Origin: an uncultured Planctomycetia bacterium
GTDB lineage: Bacteria; Omnitrophota; Gorgyraeia; Tantalellales; Tantalellaceae
DNA length: 64,000 nt
Direction of reading: 5' to 3'
Assembly: GCA_964572255.1 (NCBI GenBank)
Contig: CAZNEE010000003.1
Location: forward strand, 118,539-182,538
Shown one piece after another: positions 35,262 through 50,200 of the stretch (positions are counted from its first letter, which is position 1; every line of letters starts with the position of its first letter). Made by a program: the position numbers and the translations under genes. The notes under the pieces were generated by a model, which was given only the letters and a program-made list of their open reading frames with translations, was not told where the DNA came from and did no database searches.

Positions 35262-38200
35262 TTAGAGAGCAATAGCTGTCTTCGTGATCGAATTAACAAA
35301 TCTCATTATGTTGTCCATGATATCGATCGCGCTTATCGGCATTAAATTGAATTTACCTCCGAGCATACTTCTGATCAGATCCATATCCTTACATGCCAGC
35401 GCAAGACCGGCCGGCATTTCATTTACCCTGTCCTTGGTGGCCATCCTTACCATAACGCTCATAATAGGCATTGCCGCTAATAGAGCATCCTTCCCTTTCA
35501 TGTTTTCATCATCGGTATTCGCTATCAGCATATTAAAAAGCTCTGATGCTTTTGTCACCTTATTACTATGGTCACGAATTGCTTCCAAGTCCTCTGTGTT
35601 CTCGGCAACGGCAATCGCTACGTAAGCCGCATCTGAATCGAATCTAAGGTCAGGGCGTACTTTCATCTCTTCAATACGCTCGTTAACTACTTCAACTATG
35701 GTTAAGCCTTCCTCAAACTCGACTATCTCGACTTCAGTGACCGGTATTCCCGTATCGGCAATAATGCCTTCAACCTTGCTTGTCATGCCTTTATCAACCA
35801 CTATAATGGGTCTAATAAGTTCTATTCCATATGCCTGTTTAGCCACATGTCTGATCATGTCTTCGTTAAACAGACGATCGCCCCTGGCATCAAACGCCGG
35901 GACCACGGTCTTCTCGAAAAGCCCTGCTTTATTAAAGAGTTCTGCAAGCGCAATTATCAGCTCTACGGGACTAGTTGCTGTTTCTATCTTACTTCGGAAC
36001 TTATCTATTTCTATTCTTCCGTCTTCAATGGCCTCCATGATCTCAGGTCTGGTCAGTGCCATGGCTATTCCGTCAATAAATTCGCGCGGCAAGCCCGTAT
36101 CGGAAACTATCTGCGGTATAAGTGTTGCAAGACCGGCTGGTGAAATGATCTCAGGCATTTCCATCGGAGCCCTTTCTATTATCTTCTCTATAGCCGGCAG
36201 GTGTCTTTCAAGCTCAGCCTTCTTTGTAGCGAGTATTACCGCTTGTCTATCCTGCATAAGACTTGAAAGTTCATTAAGCTCGTCGATTGATAATGACTGA
36301 ACGGCTTTATCTATAACTATATCAGTTGTTTCATGGAACATGAAACCAGCTTCAGTATATCTGGTTCCCTGTACTAATACCTTAGCCAACATATCAAGAT
36401 CGCCCGACTCGATCTGCCTTCTTATCCCGTTATTTAATATAAGAAGCTTACTGTTCAGGGCCTTCCTTGCACCGTTCCTTAAAGTAACCGCAAGTGAACC
36501 TTTCACATCATCATATTTTGATGTAATAGTATCTGTCGTAAAGAGCGCTTCGTTTATCCCGCCCGCTCTGGGTACTACACCTGTCTTGAGCCCAATAAAC
36601 ATATCAACAAGATCCCTGTCAAATATTTCGGGAACAATGTCTCTTCCGACCTCTTCAAGAAGTTCTCTTTGTGCTTGCCGTAAAGTAATGATTCTTCCCT
36701 TTAAGTTGTCCGGCAATCTCTCAATGAATCTGTCATCGACACTGACAGATTCAGCCCCAATATATCCAAGTCTTGTTATTCCGCGTTTAATATCGTCGCT
36801 TAGTTCTTTACCCTGCTGCACTGCGGTGCCCAAAAACTGCTGCGCAAAGAACGCATGTCCGACCGGCTTTACGCCCACTTTAATTCTTTCAGAAACAAAC
36901 TGTGCGCCCTTTGAGAGAACCGGAAGAACTGCTGCAGTTCCTAATGCGATAAGGGCGACTAACGCAACATTCAATCCGGCAGCCAGTGCTGTTAAGCTTA
37001 ACACGGAAATCGCGCTAAATACCATGAGTCCTCCGACTTGAGCGAATCCTGCTTCAGTCGGCGGAACTTCGGCTACTGCCTCTTCAGCCGGTTCACGTTC
37101 TAATTTTTCTATTGCACTTTCCACTCTTGCCAATTGCTGTCTGATATCACCGGCTTCGGTCATGATGCTCTCCTGTAAATTTCGCAGATCCTGTTCAGTT
37201 TTCTCCGGAAGCGCATTTAATTCTTCCACTAATTCATCTCGATTGCTTTGCATTTTTTCAATCTTTGGCTTTTCAGTTTCTAAAGAAGTTTTTAATGCTC
37301 CCAGCCTATCAATCTGGTCTTGTGGTACTGCCATGTTATTTCTGGCGTAGTGCTCCATTGCACCCTGCAGCTGATTAAATTCTGCTACATTAGCGTTATA
37401 AGATCTTGTCGCAAAATCAAGTGTAACTTGAATGTTTTGTATTTGTGTCCTTAGTGCTGCTTCGGCTTCTTTGGCCTTATTCATTAATGCGTTCTGCTGA
37501 TCTTTAAATTTATTTTCCAATCTTTGGATCTCATTCTGCAGTTCTTGACGTTTAGCTTCTAGCGATTCAATGTCGCCTTCAGGAGCCTTCCGTTTGGCGA
37601 TGGATATTTCAACAAGTTTATTTAAAGCAAAATTTCTTACATTTTCAGACTTCTTGGTATCTTCGTACACTTCTGTAAAGAAATCTTCATTCTCGCTTAA
37701 ATAATTCACGCCCAGCTCTGTTGCTTTTATGGCTTCCATAGCCTTTGCATGCATTGCTCCGGATAATTTTCTGTCTGAAAGCAGGCTTACAATAGCCTCT
37801 TCATTCCCGAGCTCGGCAAGTTCGATCTTCAACCCTCTGGCCTTTGTTGCCTGCACTGACGGGATATTAAATGCAGCAGAGAACCAATCAGCAACGGATG
37901 ATGTAGTCAGACTCTTACCGGCTTTCTTACTTAAAATACCGCTCATCAGCGCAGCGCCGGCCGGAACTATTATTGTCCACGGTGATACGGCAAAAACCGT
38001 AAGGCCGGCGAGGGAAAGCAATCCTTTACCGGCGATCATCGCGCCGATGCTCAGCGCCATTTTCGGTGTCATTTGTGCAATATAACCGAAAAGACGGCTA
38101 ATTGTCTTAAGTCCCCTTATTTGAGCCAGGCTCTGGGAGAACCTTTCAACTCTACCGGTCCTGGCATAAATATCACTTAAGGCAAGTTTGGCTTCCTGAA

Positions 38201-41200
38201 TAAGATCGTCCCTGTCAAGGCCCTCTAACGCAATGTTATAATCGCGCTCGGCATGCCATAACTGGCCTTTATCTTTATGCGCCATAGCTTTGGCAAGTGA
38301 ACCTAAGGCTGTTGCTGGGCTTATGGCTCTTCCTACAATATCGCCTGTCATAACGTCGTCGAAATCTTCCACAAATTCCTTCAGCTTATCCCGTCCGGCT
38401 GCTATTTCGGCTAATCTGTCAAGCGCTTCGGCTCTCGCCTTTGATGCCGCATTCTTATTAAGAAGCACGTCTGTGTATCTATCTACGCCCGCAACGCCTT
38501 CAAGATAAGAAGGCACGCTGTTCTGTAATCTCATTGTCAGGTTGATGATCTTTTCTCTATTCTCGCGGCTTATGTCTCTGCCAATAGAGGATATTCCTCT
38601 CTTTATAGCGCCGGGTGAGCCAATTAAAAGATCAAATAACGCAGCCAGGAAACCGTCTCTTACCGGCCTTACCGTATAATCAGTTACAAGTTCTTCCTCG
38701 GTTAATTTGTCAAGGAATGAGCTTGCGTTATATCTGTTCCCGTCCTCATCTACCGCAGTACCAATATGGACATTTCCGCTCTTCACATCCAGATTGATAC
38801 CAGCTTTCCCGGCTATATAATTTACAAATTCATCTCTTCCGCTTAATACAAGAGATTCCCCGGCGGTAGCGCTTCTTAATATTTTTACTCCGCTATCTGA
38901 AGCCCCAAAATCTCTTGTAGAAGCGAAAACAAAATCGCTGCCTTCGATACTTAAAACGCCGTGCTCTCTGCCTGCAATGCCGGAAATGGCTTTATCTATA
39001 CCTGTATTACCAGTTTCGCCGAGAAAGCTCAGTATTCCTATATCCTCATCGTTCAGAAGCATTATCGTGGGTTTAGTGATGTCAGCCGCGCCGCTGAATA
39101 TAACTATCGCTACTTTATTCTCAAGAGCGGCCGTTTGCGCAATTTCTTCAAGTGAAGTATCTTCTCCCTTAAGTAACTCATTTAAGGATATTATACGGTT
39201 ACTTAATACACTATTGTCATCGTCCGGCGCGCCAAAGAAAATAAGTTTCTTTTGTTCTTTAGCAGCCGCAATATCGCCTTTTGCCATCGCAATATTAAGT
39301 ACATCCGTGATCTGGCTGGTTTGGTTAATGCCGCTTGCCATATAGCCGTTTTCAGTAGTCGGCATTGTAACGCCTTCAACTCTCTGTTCCGATCTGGCAG
39401 CGTCAACTCTACTGCTGAGAAGCTCTTCCGCCACAGAAGCATCCATAACCTGCCTTGCCTGTCCGGCAATTGTTTGTGAAACGCGTACCATCTTAGCTCC
39501 GAAGAGTCTCTCACGAAGTGCCGCCAGACCTGTAGCTTTTTCCGGCGCCCTTAGATCTGTCTGACTGCTTACAACAGTTATAGCTGCCGGAACGATACCG
39601 AGTGCCTCGTTCAAAGAGCTGATCTCCTGCATAGCAGTATTTATCTCCTGTGAGTAATAATTCTCTCTTACAAAGTCAAGAGTCTTAAGTTCATTAAGGG
39701 CCATTGCCATGCTGTTCAATAGTTCGACCTTTTGTAGTTGAAGTTCCCGTACTTGTTCTTCAGCTCCGGCTTCCTGAGCGGTCATGATGTCAGCATCAAT
39801 CCTGGCGATATTTTCTCTTAATTCTCTTATGTTGGCGCTGTGGAATTCTATGCCTGAATTACGCCTTGCGGCTTCCTCTCTCTTTGAGTCAAGCATGTCT
39901 TTCACGGTTTCACTTGTAACTTCAACATTGGATAATTTATCCTTCGCGATATTGGCTTGCTGTCTTGCCGCGCTAGCCTGTTTACTCCATGCTACTGCAT
40001 CTCCTCTATTTGTCGCAAGCGTGGCTTCATGGAAGAACTCTTTTCTTATATCATTTATCTGATGATCCATACTTTCCCTTGCCATTATGGAAGTTATTAC
40101 TCCGGCAAGATTTGATCTGAATTCGTCGCTATTGATCTCGACCACCGTACCGTCTTCCATTAGCCTCAATCTGTCTATAAAATCTGCTTCGAACGGAGTG
40201 CCTATCTCATTTTCAAGCATTCTTGCCGCTTCTTCATTGGTCATACTTGTTTCAGATATATTCGCGGCAAGTTCCACGACATTTGCAGGCGCTTCTATGC
40301 TGTTTATAAGCTCGATGATCTCCTTGGATTTCGCGTACTGCACGTCTCTTATTTCATTTAATAGATCAAACTTAAGGTCGCCGCTTCTTCCGTTAGCAGT
40401 GATCTGTTGAATAAATTCATCCTCTTTCATCTGCTGGACAAGATCAAGTACTTCATCAAATTCATATGACTCTTCAATTCCTTTTTCTACCATATTATTG
40501 AACGCTCTGAGCCCGCCGGTAAGTTTAGCGGCTATTCTTCCATGGGTAAGATTCCAGATAATTCCCTTGGATTTGGCTCTTTCAATAGCGCTATCCCACA
40601 TATTCTTTATCGAGAAAGGACTATTGGCGTCAAGCGTTACATATATCTCCGTATCACCTTTTTTACCTTCCCTGCCGGTACGGCCCCTCAACTGCTGCTC
40701 GACCCTCTGGGAAGTATTAAGGCCGAGAGCTATGACCTGCATACCGTGTCTTGCGCCAAGAGTGTGTATGGCATAATCCGTACCGCGTCCGGATATTGCC
40801 GTAGCGACAGTTACCATGCCGGCCTGGCTTGCACGCGCTTCTATCTCTTCCTTATTATTCTGCTGCTTGGCGCTATAAAGCTGCATTTTCTTGGAAAGAT
40901 CAAATGTGCCTTCATATTCCACTCCGTAAACATCTTTCCATCTTTCCAGAATTGCATTTTCGATGCGGCTTCTGGCTTCTTCATTCTTGAAGAGTTCCTG
41001 TTCAATGAATTCTGACAGCTGCACGCTATCAACCGCGAGAAGCATCTGCCTGTTATGAACAATAGCATCAACGATTTTGTTCTCCACCTTATTAAGCATT
41101 GCCTCCTGATCAGAGAACATCAATTTAGGCATATCGATCCTCTTGCGCGCGGCATGTGCGGGCACTATCTGTGTGCTGAATTTATAAAGATCTCTCAAAG

Positions 41201-44200
41201 CTTTTGCTTCCACTCCTCTACCGGTTGTACCTGTCATGCCGACAACATCATGGAATACCCTGCCGAAAAGGTTTTTAGTGTTTATTTCTGAAGATGACTT
41301 GCCTTCCGCTTTAACTATCACTTTTTTGCCTGCCGCCAATTCTTTAGCTTCAATAAGCTGCTGTATACTCGCTTTATCGGTACCGTGCAAACGTTGTCCT
41401 GTTGACTGGACACCTATCATCTTCTGTATAAGAACGGCGTCACCTCCGATAACCGTATAATCAACGCCTTCTCTGTACGCACGCGTGGCTGTAATAGCAT
41501 CCTGCATAAGCCTGACATAACTCTCCCCGCGGTGCATCCTTTCAACTATTGCTTCTTCATTATCCGCATTGTTAGTAATGAACTCTATTTCTTCCATTAT
41601 ATCTTTTCTGATAGAGCTGACCGCGTTATTTATATCGGCTTCAGTATATGGGGTATTTGATCTATTTAGCTGTTCCATCAACATGCTGCGGAAAAATCCC
41701 TTACCAAGCTGTTTCTGCATGAGCCTTAAGGCATCAAGGCGTTTCTCCCCGTAAATAGTAGCACTATTGTGGGCAACATCAACAGCGGCTATAATATCAC
41801 CCATTTTTCTTGTACCTGTTGGAGGCTTGGGTTTCTGGGCTTCTTCAACAAGTTCTGACACATCATAATCCGCTTCCACACTCGCAAGATGGGCCGCTAT
41901 GATCCTTGCCGATGATTCAACATCCATTTGGTCCCTTCCTTCAACCTGTATGAATGAGGTAAGCGCCTGATCTATCAGGATGCTATCGATCTCGTCAACT
42001 ACCAAAGACATGTTCTGCAGATCTGAAAGATCCTTACGTATCATGCGCTTATCACTCTCTATCTCTGACGTGTTAAAGTCCCTGTCGACATCAAACGCGA
42101 GTGTATCTATGGCAACAAATACAACATCCTTATCATACTCGTTACTCTTCTCGTCCTGGGATAGTTCTCTGGATATTCTACCGACACTTAAACCGGCTCT
42201 TTCGAGCACATTCTTAGTAGCCCTGTAGTTCCTCTCGGAAAGTATATCCTGCGTATCAACATAAATGGTACCTTTGCCGTCAAGAGCTTTGATGTAACAA
42301 TCCATAAGTCCAACGATAGATTTACCTTCGCCGGTCAACAGTTCCGCTATTGTCCTGGCGCCTTTCCTTGTCATCGCCGAAACTGTGGCTACCTGTTCTT
42401 TGTAAGGAATGAACACGCCTGTAGCCAGGGTAAGAAGCAGTGATGAAAGCGCGATCCTGTGCGCCCTATCAAAACCGGCAGTATCAAGTTTGTTATATTC
42501 CGCTAATTTGCCCTCAAGCTCTCTCTGGTAATATTCGATATCCGCAAGAGTTTTTGCTTCCTGCACTCTCTTCTTAAGCTCTTCTATCTGCCTTTCAAGT
42601 TTAATGACCTCCTGATGCTTGCTTGTCATCTCGTTAAGCATGCCGAAAAGCTGTTCTTTTCCTAATGATGTCGCGGCAAGGTCCACAACAGTGAGTCTTA
42701 CAAAACCATCTTTATCTTGCTTGGGTCTTCCGTACTCATACCGCCAGATCTCATTCATATCGCTTAAAAGGTCTATTGTATATCCTTCATCCAGCCTTCT
42801 TGCTATCTCAAAAGTATCGACAACATTCCTTGCCATGCCGGAAGCGCCTTTTGCTATCGTAACTACCATCTGTTTTAACAGTAATGAAGTTTTTCCTTCT
42901 TCGAGTTTCTTCATCTGTGCTTCCACTGTTTCACGGGCAGTGATTACAGAAGACCTCATGGTGGAAGCCAGAATGTTCAACGCGCCGGCAACAGTGCCTT
43001 CGGAAGTCATGGCCTCTCTTATATGGCCGGCAGCATCTTTTTCAAGCATGGTGATCAGATCATAATATTTGCCGGCAAACTCCGTCCGAAGCTCCGGCGC
43101 CAAGTCAAGTGTCGCCTTTTGTATCATATTCACAGCTTTAGCAAGACCATGTTCGCTTGTTATTACTTCAAGGAAAATATCGATCGTCCCGAATACATTC
43201 ACTATTGCTTCTCTGTTCTTCTCTATATGTGAAAGGATGTTTATGTAAAGTTCTTCTTTTCTCATTTCATTGATCGTGCTTTCGATTCTTTCGGTGGTTA
43301 TTTCGCCTCTTGCTATAGCGATCGCTAGATTCTTAGCAGCCATTGAAGAGGTCTGAGCATCATCTGACCTTAGGTCATTTAAGACGCTCGGATCTATGCC
43401 TAACTGAGTTGCCAGACTGTCGAGCACAGCTTCATAAGCAATGCCTGTGCCGGGGACGATAGTCTCGCTAAGCTTTATAATGGCGGTCTTAAGCATATCT
43501 ACCTGTCCCTTTATAGTGGCAGGCGCTGCCTCAGTGGAAACTCCCGCCGCAATGGCAAAAACTACAAGATCCTGCGATGCTTGATCAAGTTTGTTCTCGG
43601 CAATTAATCCATTTATCCTTTCTATCAAAGCGTTTTGGAAACTATCCGTCCCTATATCCTCTCTCGTACTTTCAATTAGAATATCACTTATCTCGCGGCT
43701 AAAGACACCTTGCATGAAAGTCTCCGCCACTCCGGCTCTTAATTGAAATTCTTCTACAGCCTTATCTCTTGCGCCGTCAATATTGTTCTCAAGTTTGTTT
43801 ATGTATTCACGTACAACAGGCGAATTGACCAGCCCTTCATATCTGGCAACATATTGTTTGATCTCCTCAAGATAATCACTGAACAACGCTTCTTTCTGAC
43901 TTTCTCTATATCTAGCGAAAAGATCTATAAAGTTTTCCTTATTCTGCAGGTTGTTAAGCGCTTCCTGTTTTTGAATAGCTGTAAGTTTTTCGTTTGTTAA
44001 TATCTTATTCATATTTGAAGCTATTCTTCTTGCCTTAGCGCCTGCGGTTTCTATTCCCACCCATCCAAGCACATGAGTGAAGATATTCCTGCTGATGAGC
44101 CCTTTTCTGTCGAGATTTTTGATATTTTCCAGCATCTGCTCGTGGATCTGCCCTAACTCCTCAATATCTTCAAGCTTGCTCGCCTGATTCTGGTAATCCA

Positions 44201-47200
44201 TAAGGTTCTCATATGCCGTCCACATTGCGTCCATGTTTCTCATTTTTCTGTCTATCTGCCTTAAACCTCGGCTGGTCGGAGCGTTCTTATCTGAGAACGG
44301 AGTGAATGCGGATTCTACTTCTGCCACTTCAATACCTAAGGCCGCTTTCAGGCGTCCCCGGAAAACACCAAAATTCCTGTCAACACTGTCAATGAGGTTC
44401 TCTCGCCTTCCACCTGCACCTTCAGATATGGCGCTATATATATCAGCCCTTGAAGACGTTGCCCAATGTTTAATAAAACTCCAAGCGCGTGCAAATCCTT
44501 TTTTGCCCTCACTCAGTTTAGCCGCTACTCTCACTGATACAGTGCCAGGTATGCGAGCGGTTAACCTTGATCCGAACTCATGTCCGCGAACAACTATATT
44601 GTCACCGTTCAAAAGCTCGGTTATTCCTTTGAGATACTTCACGGTAGTAGGACTCAATCCGTCCATCTTGCCCATAGCGCCTCTAAAAAGAACATCTCCG
44701 AACTTGCCGATCTCTGTACTGCGCCTTTGAGCGACATCCACCATTGCGTCATATTCTCGTTGTGTAAGCTGGAGCGCTCCGGTTCTTTCCGCATTCGCAA
44801 GACCCAACGTTTCTAATACCTCCTGGGTTCTGGCCATCTCTTCGCCTTCAAAGCTCTTAGCGTCAGACATCCTGTCACGTAAAGCTTCTGCCAATCTCTG
44901 ATCGAGAGGCACTTTAGCCAGCATCGCAGCACTTAATGCATCATCAACTGTGGCTTGCTTTACAAACTGACCGGTGATAGCGTCATGGAATCTGCCCGTA
45001 GCATCGTTATATCTATATCCGGTAAGCTCGGCTATACGTAGTTTATTGGAAAGCCTTACAACTTCGGCTGCACTTATGAAATCCCCTTTCTTCCTTGTGC
45101 CTTTCGCAAGTGCTTCGTGGTCATGCCATCTCTGTGTAGCTTCATTGAACCTTATGCCCTTACTGTCAAGTAATGCTATATTATCTTCTGTAAGCTGACT
45201 TATTCCTTCTATTTCAACAAACTCTACTGGCGCTATCTCAAGCTCCATTGTTTCGGCTCTTTCTTCGAGCTCTTTTGCTCTCCCTTCAAGAACTTTTATC
45301 TCATTCTCAAGGTCCCTTCTTTCGGCAAGCTGTGCCTCTGTTGCTCTTTCTCCCAGTTCTCTTATCCTTGCTTCAAGGGCTCTTAGATCTTTTACTTTCG
45401 CCACAGCTGTTCTTCTTGCTAGCCTCGCCTCATTTATAATATTATCAACTTCTGTTCTTATCTCCCTTGCTTGAACCGCATCAGAAACAGCCCCGATATC
45501 TTCTGTCCTGAACTCTATGCCCAGTAATTTCGCCGCGGCGCTAAGCTGACCGGCAGTGATCTGCCCGGAAATGATACTCTTGGTAAGTGTGGTAAGTATG
45601 TAATCATAACTGGCGCCTGCGGCTATACCGGTTGTCCTGTGAACTATAGCCTGCCAAAGTTCACGCGTATTATGTGCACCCACCTTATTAGTTGCGCTCT
45701 TGTAATTATTCAGTCCCTCCGTTTCTATCAAAGCTTCCATAACACGCGTATTTTCTGAAGCCATAAGAACTACAAGACCCTTCACTACTTCCATAAAACT
45801 GTCGATACTGTCAGCAGTCATGCCTGGATTAAGCGCTCTAAATACATTACTGAAGTGCGTAAATTCTTCTTTTGTATCCATCCTGCGTATAGCCAATCTC
45901 ACGCCTGCTGTCGCTTCTCTTCCTCCGATATCTCTTAAGAGATGATCGAACTGCGCCTGTGTAGTACATCCCGCAACCGCCGCGAAATTAATGACCCGGC
46001 CGGCATCTTTACCTCCTACAAGACCTTCTTCTCCTCTTGGTGTCATCAGGCATTCTACTATGTGATCAGCGACAAGACTGTCCTGCATGGCGACATTCAC
46101 AACTTCCGCGCTTACGCCCTTTGCGCTTAACGCCTCGTACATGGTCTCTATGCTTCCGGATTTAAAGATCGCGGCGTCAACGACAGTATCGACCTGGGCC
46201 GAAAATTCACTCATATTTATAACGCCCGCATGCGAAACGAAAAGATCCGCCAATGCGCCGATAGTTGCAACCCCGGCGGCACCCTGTTTGGAAAGTTTCT
46301 CAGTCCTATTTACAAGTGAATTGATCTGACCCGTGGCTATTCCAAACTTCTGGCCGATCTCTCTTATCTTTGCGGTATTCTGCCCGTCTGCTTTGAGCTG
46401 GCTTCCAATGATCATATTCTCCATCGCTCTCATGGAGGTGCAATCAAGCTCGGAGGACTGTTCCGCTACAGCTCTTCTAAAATGAGTCTTTCCTTCGGTT
46501 GTCATCGCATCAAAAGCACCGATAACTTCCGTGTTAATACCTAATTTTTCAAGGAATTGGTTGCCCTTGACACTGCCGATAAGTTCCGCTACACACGTGG
46601 CAACAAATACCCTTGAATCCATCAGGTTGGATTTGACATCAATGCCGCTGGTCAATATAGAAGCGTTAAGCATCATATTGTTCGTCATTCTGCTTATATT
46701 ATTGGAAGTTATGGCTCCGGTAGATATGCCGCTGGTTATCGAACTTGCTATTGAGGATCCCCATCCATTACTGATAAGGAAGGTATTGGCATCCGCTATG
46801 CTCATTTTGCCTGTTGCAATGCCCGTCGTTGCAAGATCGAGCGCGGCTATAGCCTCTATCCCGGAGAAATCGATCTGTCCGCTCTCTGTCATGCTTATCT
46901 CGGCAAAACGGTTATTATTAAGAAGATCCGCCATTCTGGTGCCGACATTATCTCCGCGTTTAGCGGCTTCCTGAGCGGCAGTACTTGTCTGGTTGAAGAG
47001 CTTGGTCAGCACTTTCATATTGTCGGTAGCTTTTGCTGAGGCTACGCTATTAAGTAAACTGCCGAGTTTATTCTGCTGGCCCTGGGTTAATTTTCGCACA
47101 CCATCTGTACTGGCCAAGTTGACAAGGAAAATAAGCTGCTGCGCATCTCCTTCGGATACACCGAAGTCTCTGGATACCTGCGCGGCGCTTGAACCGCTTA

Positions 47201-50200
47201 CTTGAGCATTTAATTGATTGAGGTTCTTCTGGGCAGTATTCATCCTCATGCTGTGTACAGGCATGCCGCCTGAGGCGACATCGAACATTTCAACGAAAAA
47301 TTCCGCGTATTCATCAGGCATCCACGCAAAGAGCGTTTTCCCTATGATAACTTCCTTGATGCCTTCCTCATATACGCCCTTGATCATTTTGTCCCAAATC
47401 ATGTTAACGCCTCTTCCTATGGCGCTGCCAATAGCGCGAAGGCCGCTCCAAAAGGCAACACCTGGTCCCTTGCCGAAGAGAGAACCAACTATGCCGCTTC
47501 CTATGGCTCTGCCCAAATTGGCAAGAGGTTTAAATACGGTCTTTAAAACTCCACCCAAGAAAGAGCCGAATGCGTGTATGACTACAGGCCCGGCAAAATG
47601 GAACACTCCTATAAATGCCCATCCCATAGGCGTGCTTAAATGCTGCACAAGGCCCATAAGCGGCCCGGAGGTTGTTGACATCTGAAGCAGCATGCCTTGG
47701 ATGCCTCTTAATATGCCTTCACGCTTAGCCATGATCTGCGTCATGCTGGCGTCACCAAAGAACGGTTTAAAGAGAAGCGCGCCGGCATGTAAGCCGAACT
47801 GCATGCCTATGCCCATGGTCACAAATGTTGAAGCGGCACCTGCAATAGTGAGAGAAGCCACCACTCTTGTAGCAAATGCCTGGGCACCTCTCCTGGCACC
47901 TACTCTATATATGTTAAGGAACAGTCCCCTGCCGAAGCCACCCATTCTTTTAGCTACAAACTTAAAACCCGATCTTACTGCAAAATAAACCCTCTTCGCA
48001 ATATTGCCTACGGCAAGCCGGAAACCGGCCCTAACGGCTGTTTGTTTAAGAATATTGCTTGCTATCCTTGTAGCCACGGTATTAAGTGCTCTACTTGCAG
48101 GCCCTACCAACCCGAACATGACCATCGCGTCGATGAGAACATTTGCCAGATCGTTAACCGTTATGTTGAAAATCACTTTTTGGCTAAGATATTCATTTAA
48201 CGCCTTCTCTGTCTTATATTTTTCTCCGGCAATAGCTGCCGTTAACACTAAACCAAATCCTGCTAAAGCGGCTATCCCTATACTTGCACTGCAAGTAAGA
48301 CTTAAAAAGCTTACAGTAGCGACAGTGGCAGCGCTGACACTCGCTCCTGCCGCTGCAGCAGCGCCTCCTACACCTAATAATGTCGGTATGGAAACAGCAA
48401 ACCCAACGATAAGTATAATAGCAGCTACTACATATCCGGCTTTTACCCAAAATCCGCCTTCCTGCCAATTCTTTATAAGTTGTTTAAATCCGAAATTCTC
48501 GGCAAAATATTTAGCCGCTGTGTCTGACACGCTTATAGTGGATTTATTCACAAGACCATTCTGCAGGCTTGCGTTAAAGGTCTGCGTTATAGTGCTGAAA
48601 TCGACTCTTGCTGTCCATAATCCACCGGTACCCACGTTGCCAAAGACTTGATGAACCCATGTACAGCCCCAATCACCGCTGACGTTCACATTATTCGTGC
48701 CGTCTACAGATCCTATTCGTTTACCGGTTGCGTCAACAATATTGCCCGCGGCGTCTACTGTGCCTTCAAATCCTTTAGCGCTATGGGTAAGACCCCTTTC
48801 AAGATGGCGGTGAGATATGCTTTCGAGATGCATGGCGTTGTCAAAAACAAGTGTCGTTATCTCGCCGTTCTTTGAGTCCGTAAGATTATGTCCTTCTCCC
48901 GTCACCATATCTGCCACTGTTGCTGCGGCATAACCAGTGGCTATTATTAAAAATACAGGACCGATTACAGGAATAATGCTTAAAGCTACTATGCCTACCC
49001 CTGCGGTAATTCGTCCGAAGATACCCTTCTTGTCGGCCTCAACAAGCGCATATACATACTTGATCTCACCATCTGCATTGGTCAGCTTTGCCCTTGCTTC
49101 AACCTGGCCTATATTGTCCTTATTGGGACTATGGAGCGTCATAGAACAATCATAGATCTCAACATGCGCAATCGCTGAACCCGTTGCCTTAGCCATCTCG
49201 GAAGCTTTTTTTGCAACAACCCGATCGACCTGTACTTTTTGGTCATTATTAAGATTTCCGTAAGAGATCTTCCCGCTCACAGAAAAACTTGCCTGGGAAG
49301 CATCAAATATAGCAGAGGTGCTTTTCCCTTCCTTTTCAACGGTTCTTCCCGGAGTGAACTGAACAGTAAAACTTTCAAACGCGTCCAAATTATCGCCGCA
49401 AGCCTTGGTTAGCTGTTTTATATTGCAAGCTTCTACGCCCAGGGATTCAGCCATAGCCACAACCGCCTGAGCGCCCTTCATTCCGCCTTCTGTAACCACC
49501 ATTGTGCATGTAGCTGAAAAGAGTTGCGTCGCGAGTCTATCTCCCCTCTGCATAGCTATTTTATTTAATACAACACTAACATTTACCTTAACGCCCTCTA
49601 CCGTTACATCACCCTTAACAGCTACTGTCCATTGACTCAGTCTTCGGGTATCATCTTCGCCGTCACGGGTCATGTAATCACCAACAGACACTGTTTTGCC
49701 GGAATCATAATTTTTACTTAATTCCAATGTATGGAAAGTAACCCCATCCTTTCCCACTCTCATAAAACCAAGATCAATTTCGGCGATACTATTGCCGTCT
49801 CCGTATAGAGCCATTATCTGGGAAAGTCTCTCACCTTTTATATCGAGTTTAAACTTAAGATCAGATCCTTCGATGCTGCCTATAAAATCACTTGCTCTAA
49901 GATCCGGGACTTCCGCAAGAATCTCGCCAAGGCCCGAACCTCTGAGCATATTAGTAAATTCATTTCCAGCAACTCGGCTGAAACACCAGGATTGTGCATA
50001 TTCGTCGAAACTAAGGCTATCACCGCAATTTTTTAAGCCCGAATATGCCGTCTGACCTAAACGGTCTTCTTTCCCGGTTACAACATAATACGCGTTCTTC
50101 TCTTTAAGATATATGCACGACATTTTCCTGCCGCCTGCAGCGGCTGTCACGAGATTGTCCAGCACAATGTTACAATCTTGATAATCTTCTTCTCCTAAAA

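Noticed and set aside
40300-42660. Treating the SecA-like region as a separate secA gene.
   Set aside because: It lies in-frame ~21 kb from the 5' end and ~5 kb from the 3' end of an uninterrupted ORF, with no start, stop, SD or intergenic sequence on either side. Only an assembly or frameshift error could make it separate. That needs long-read confirmation.
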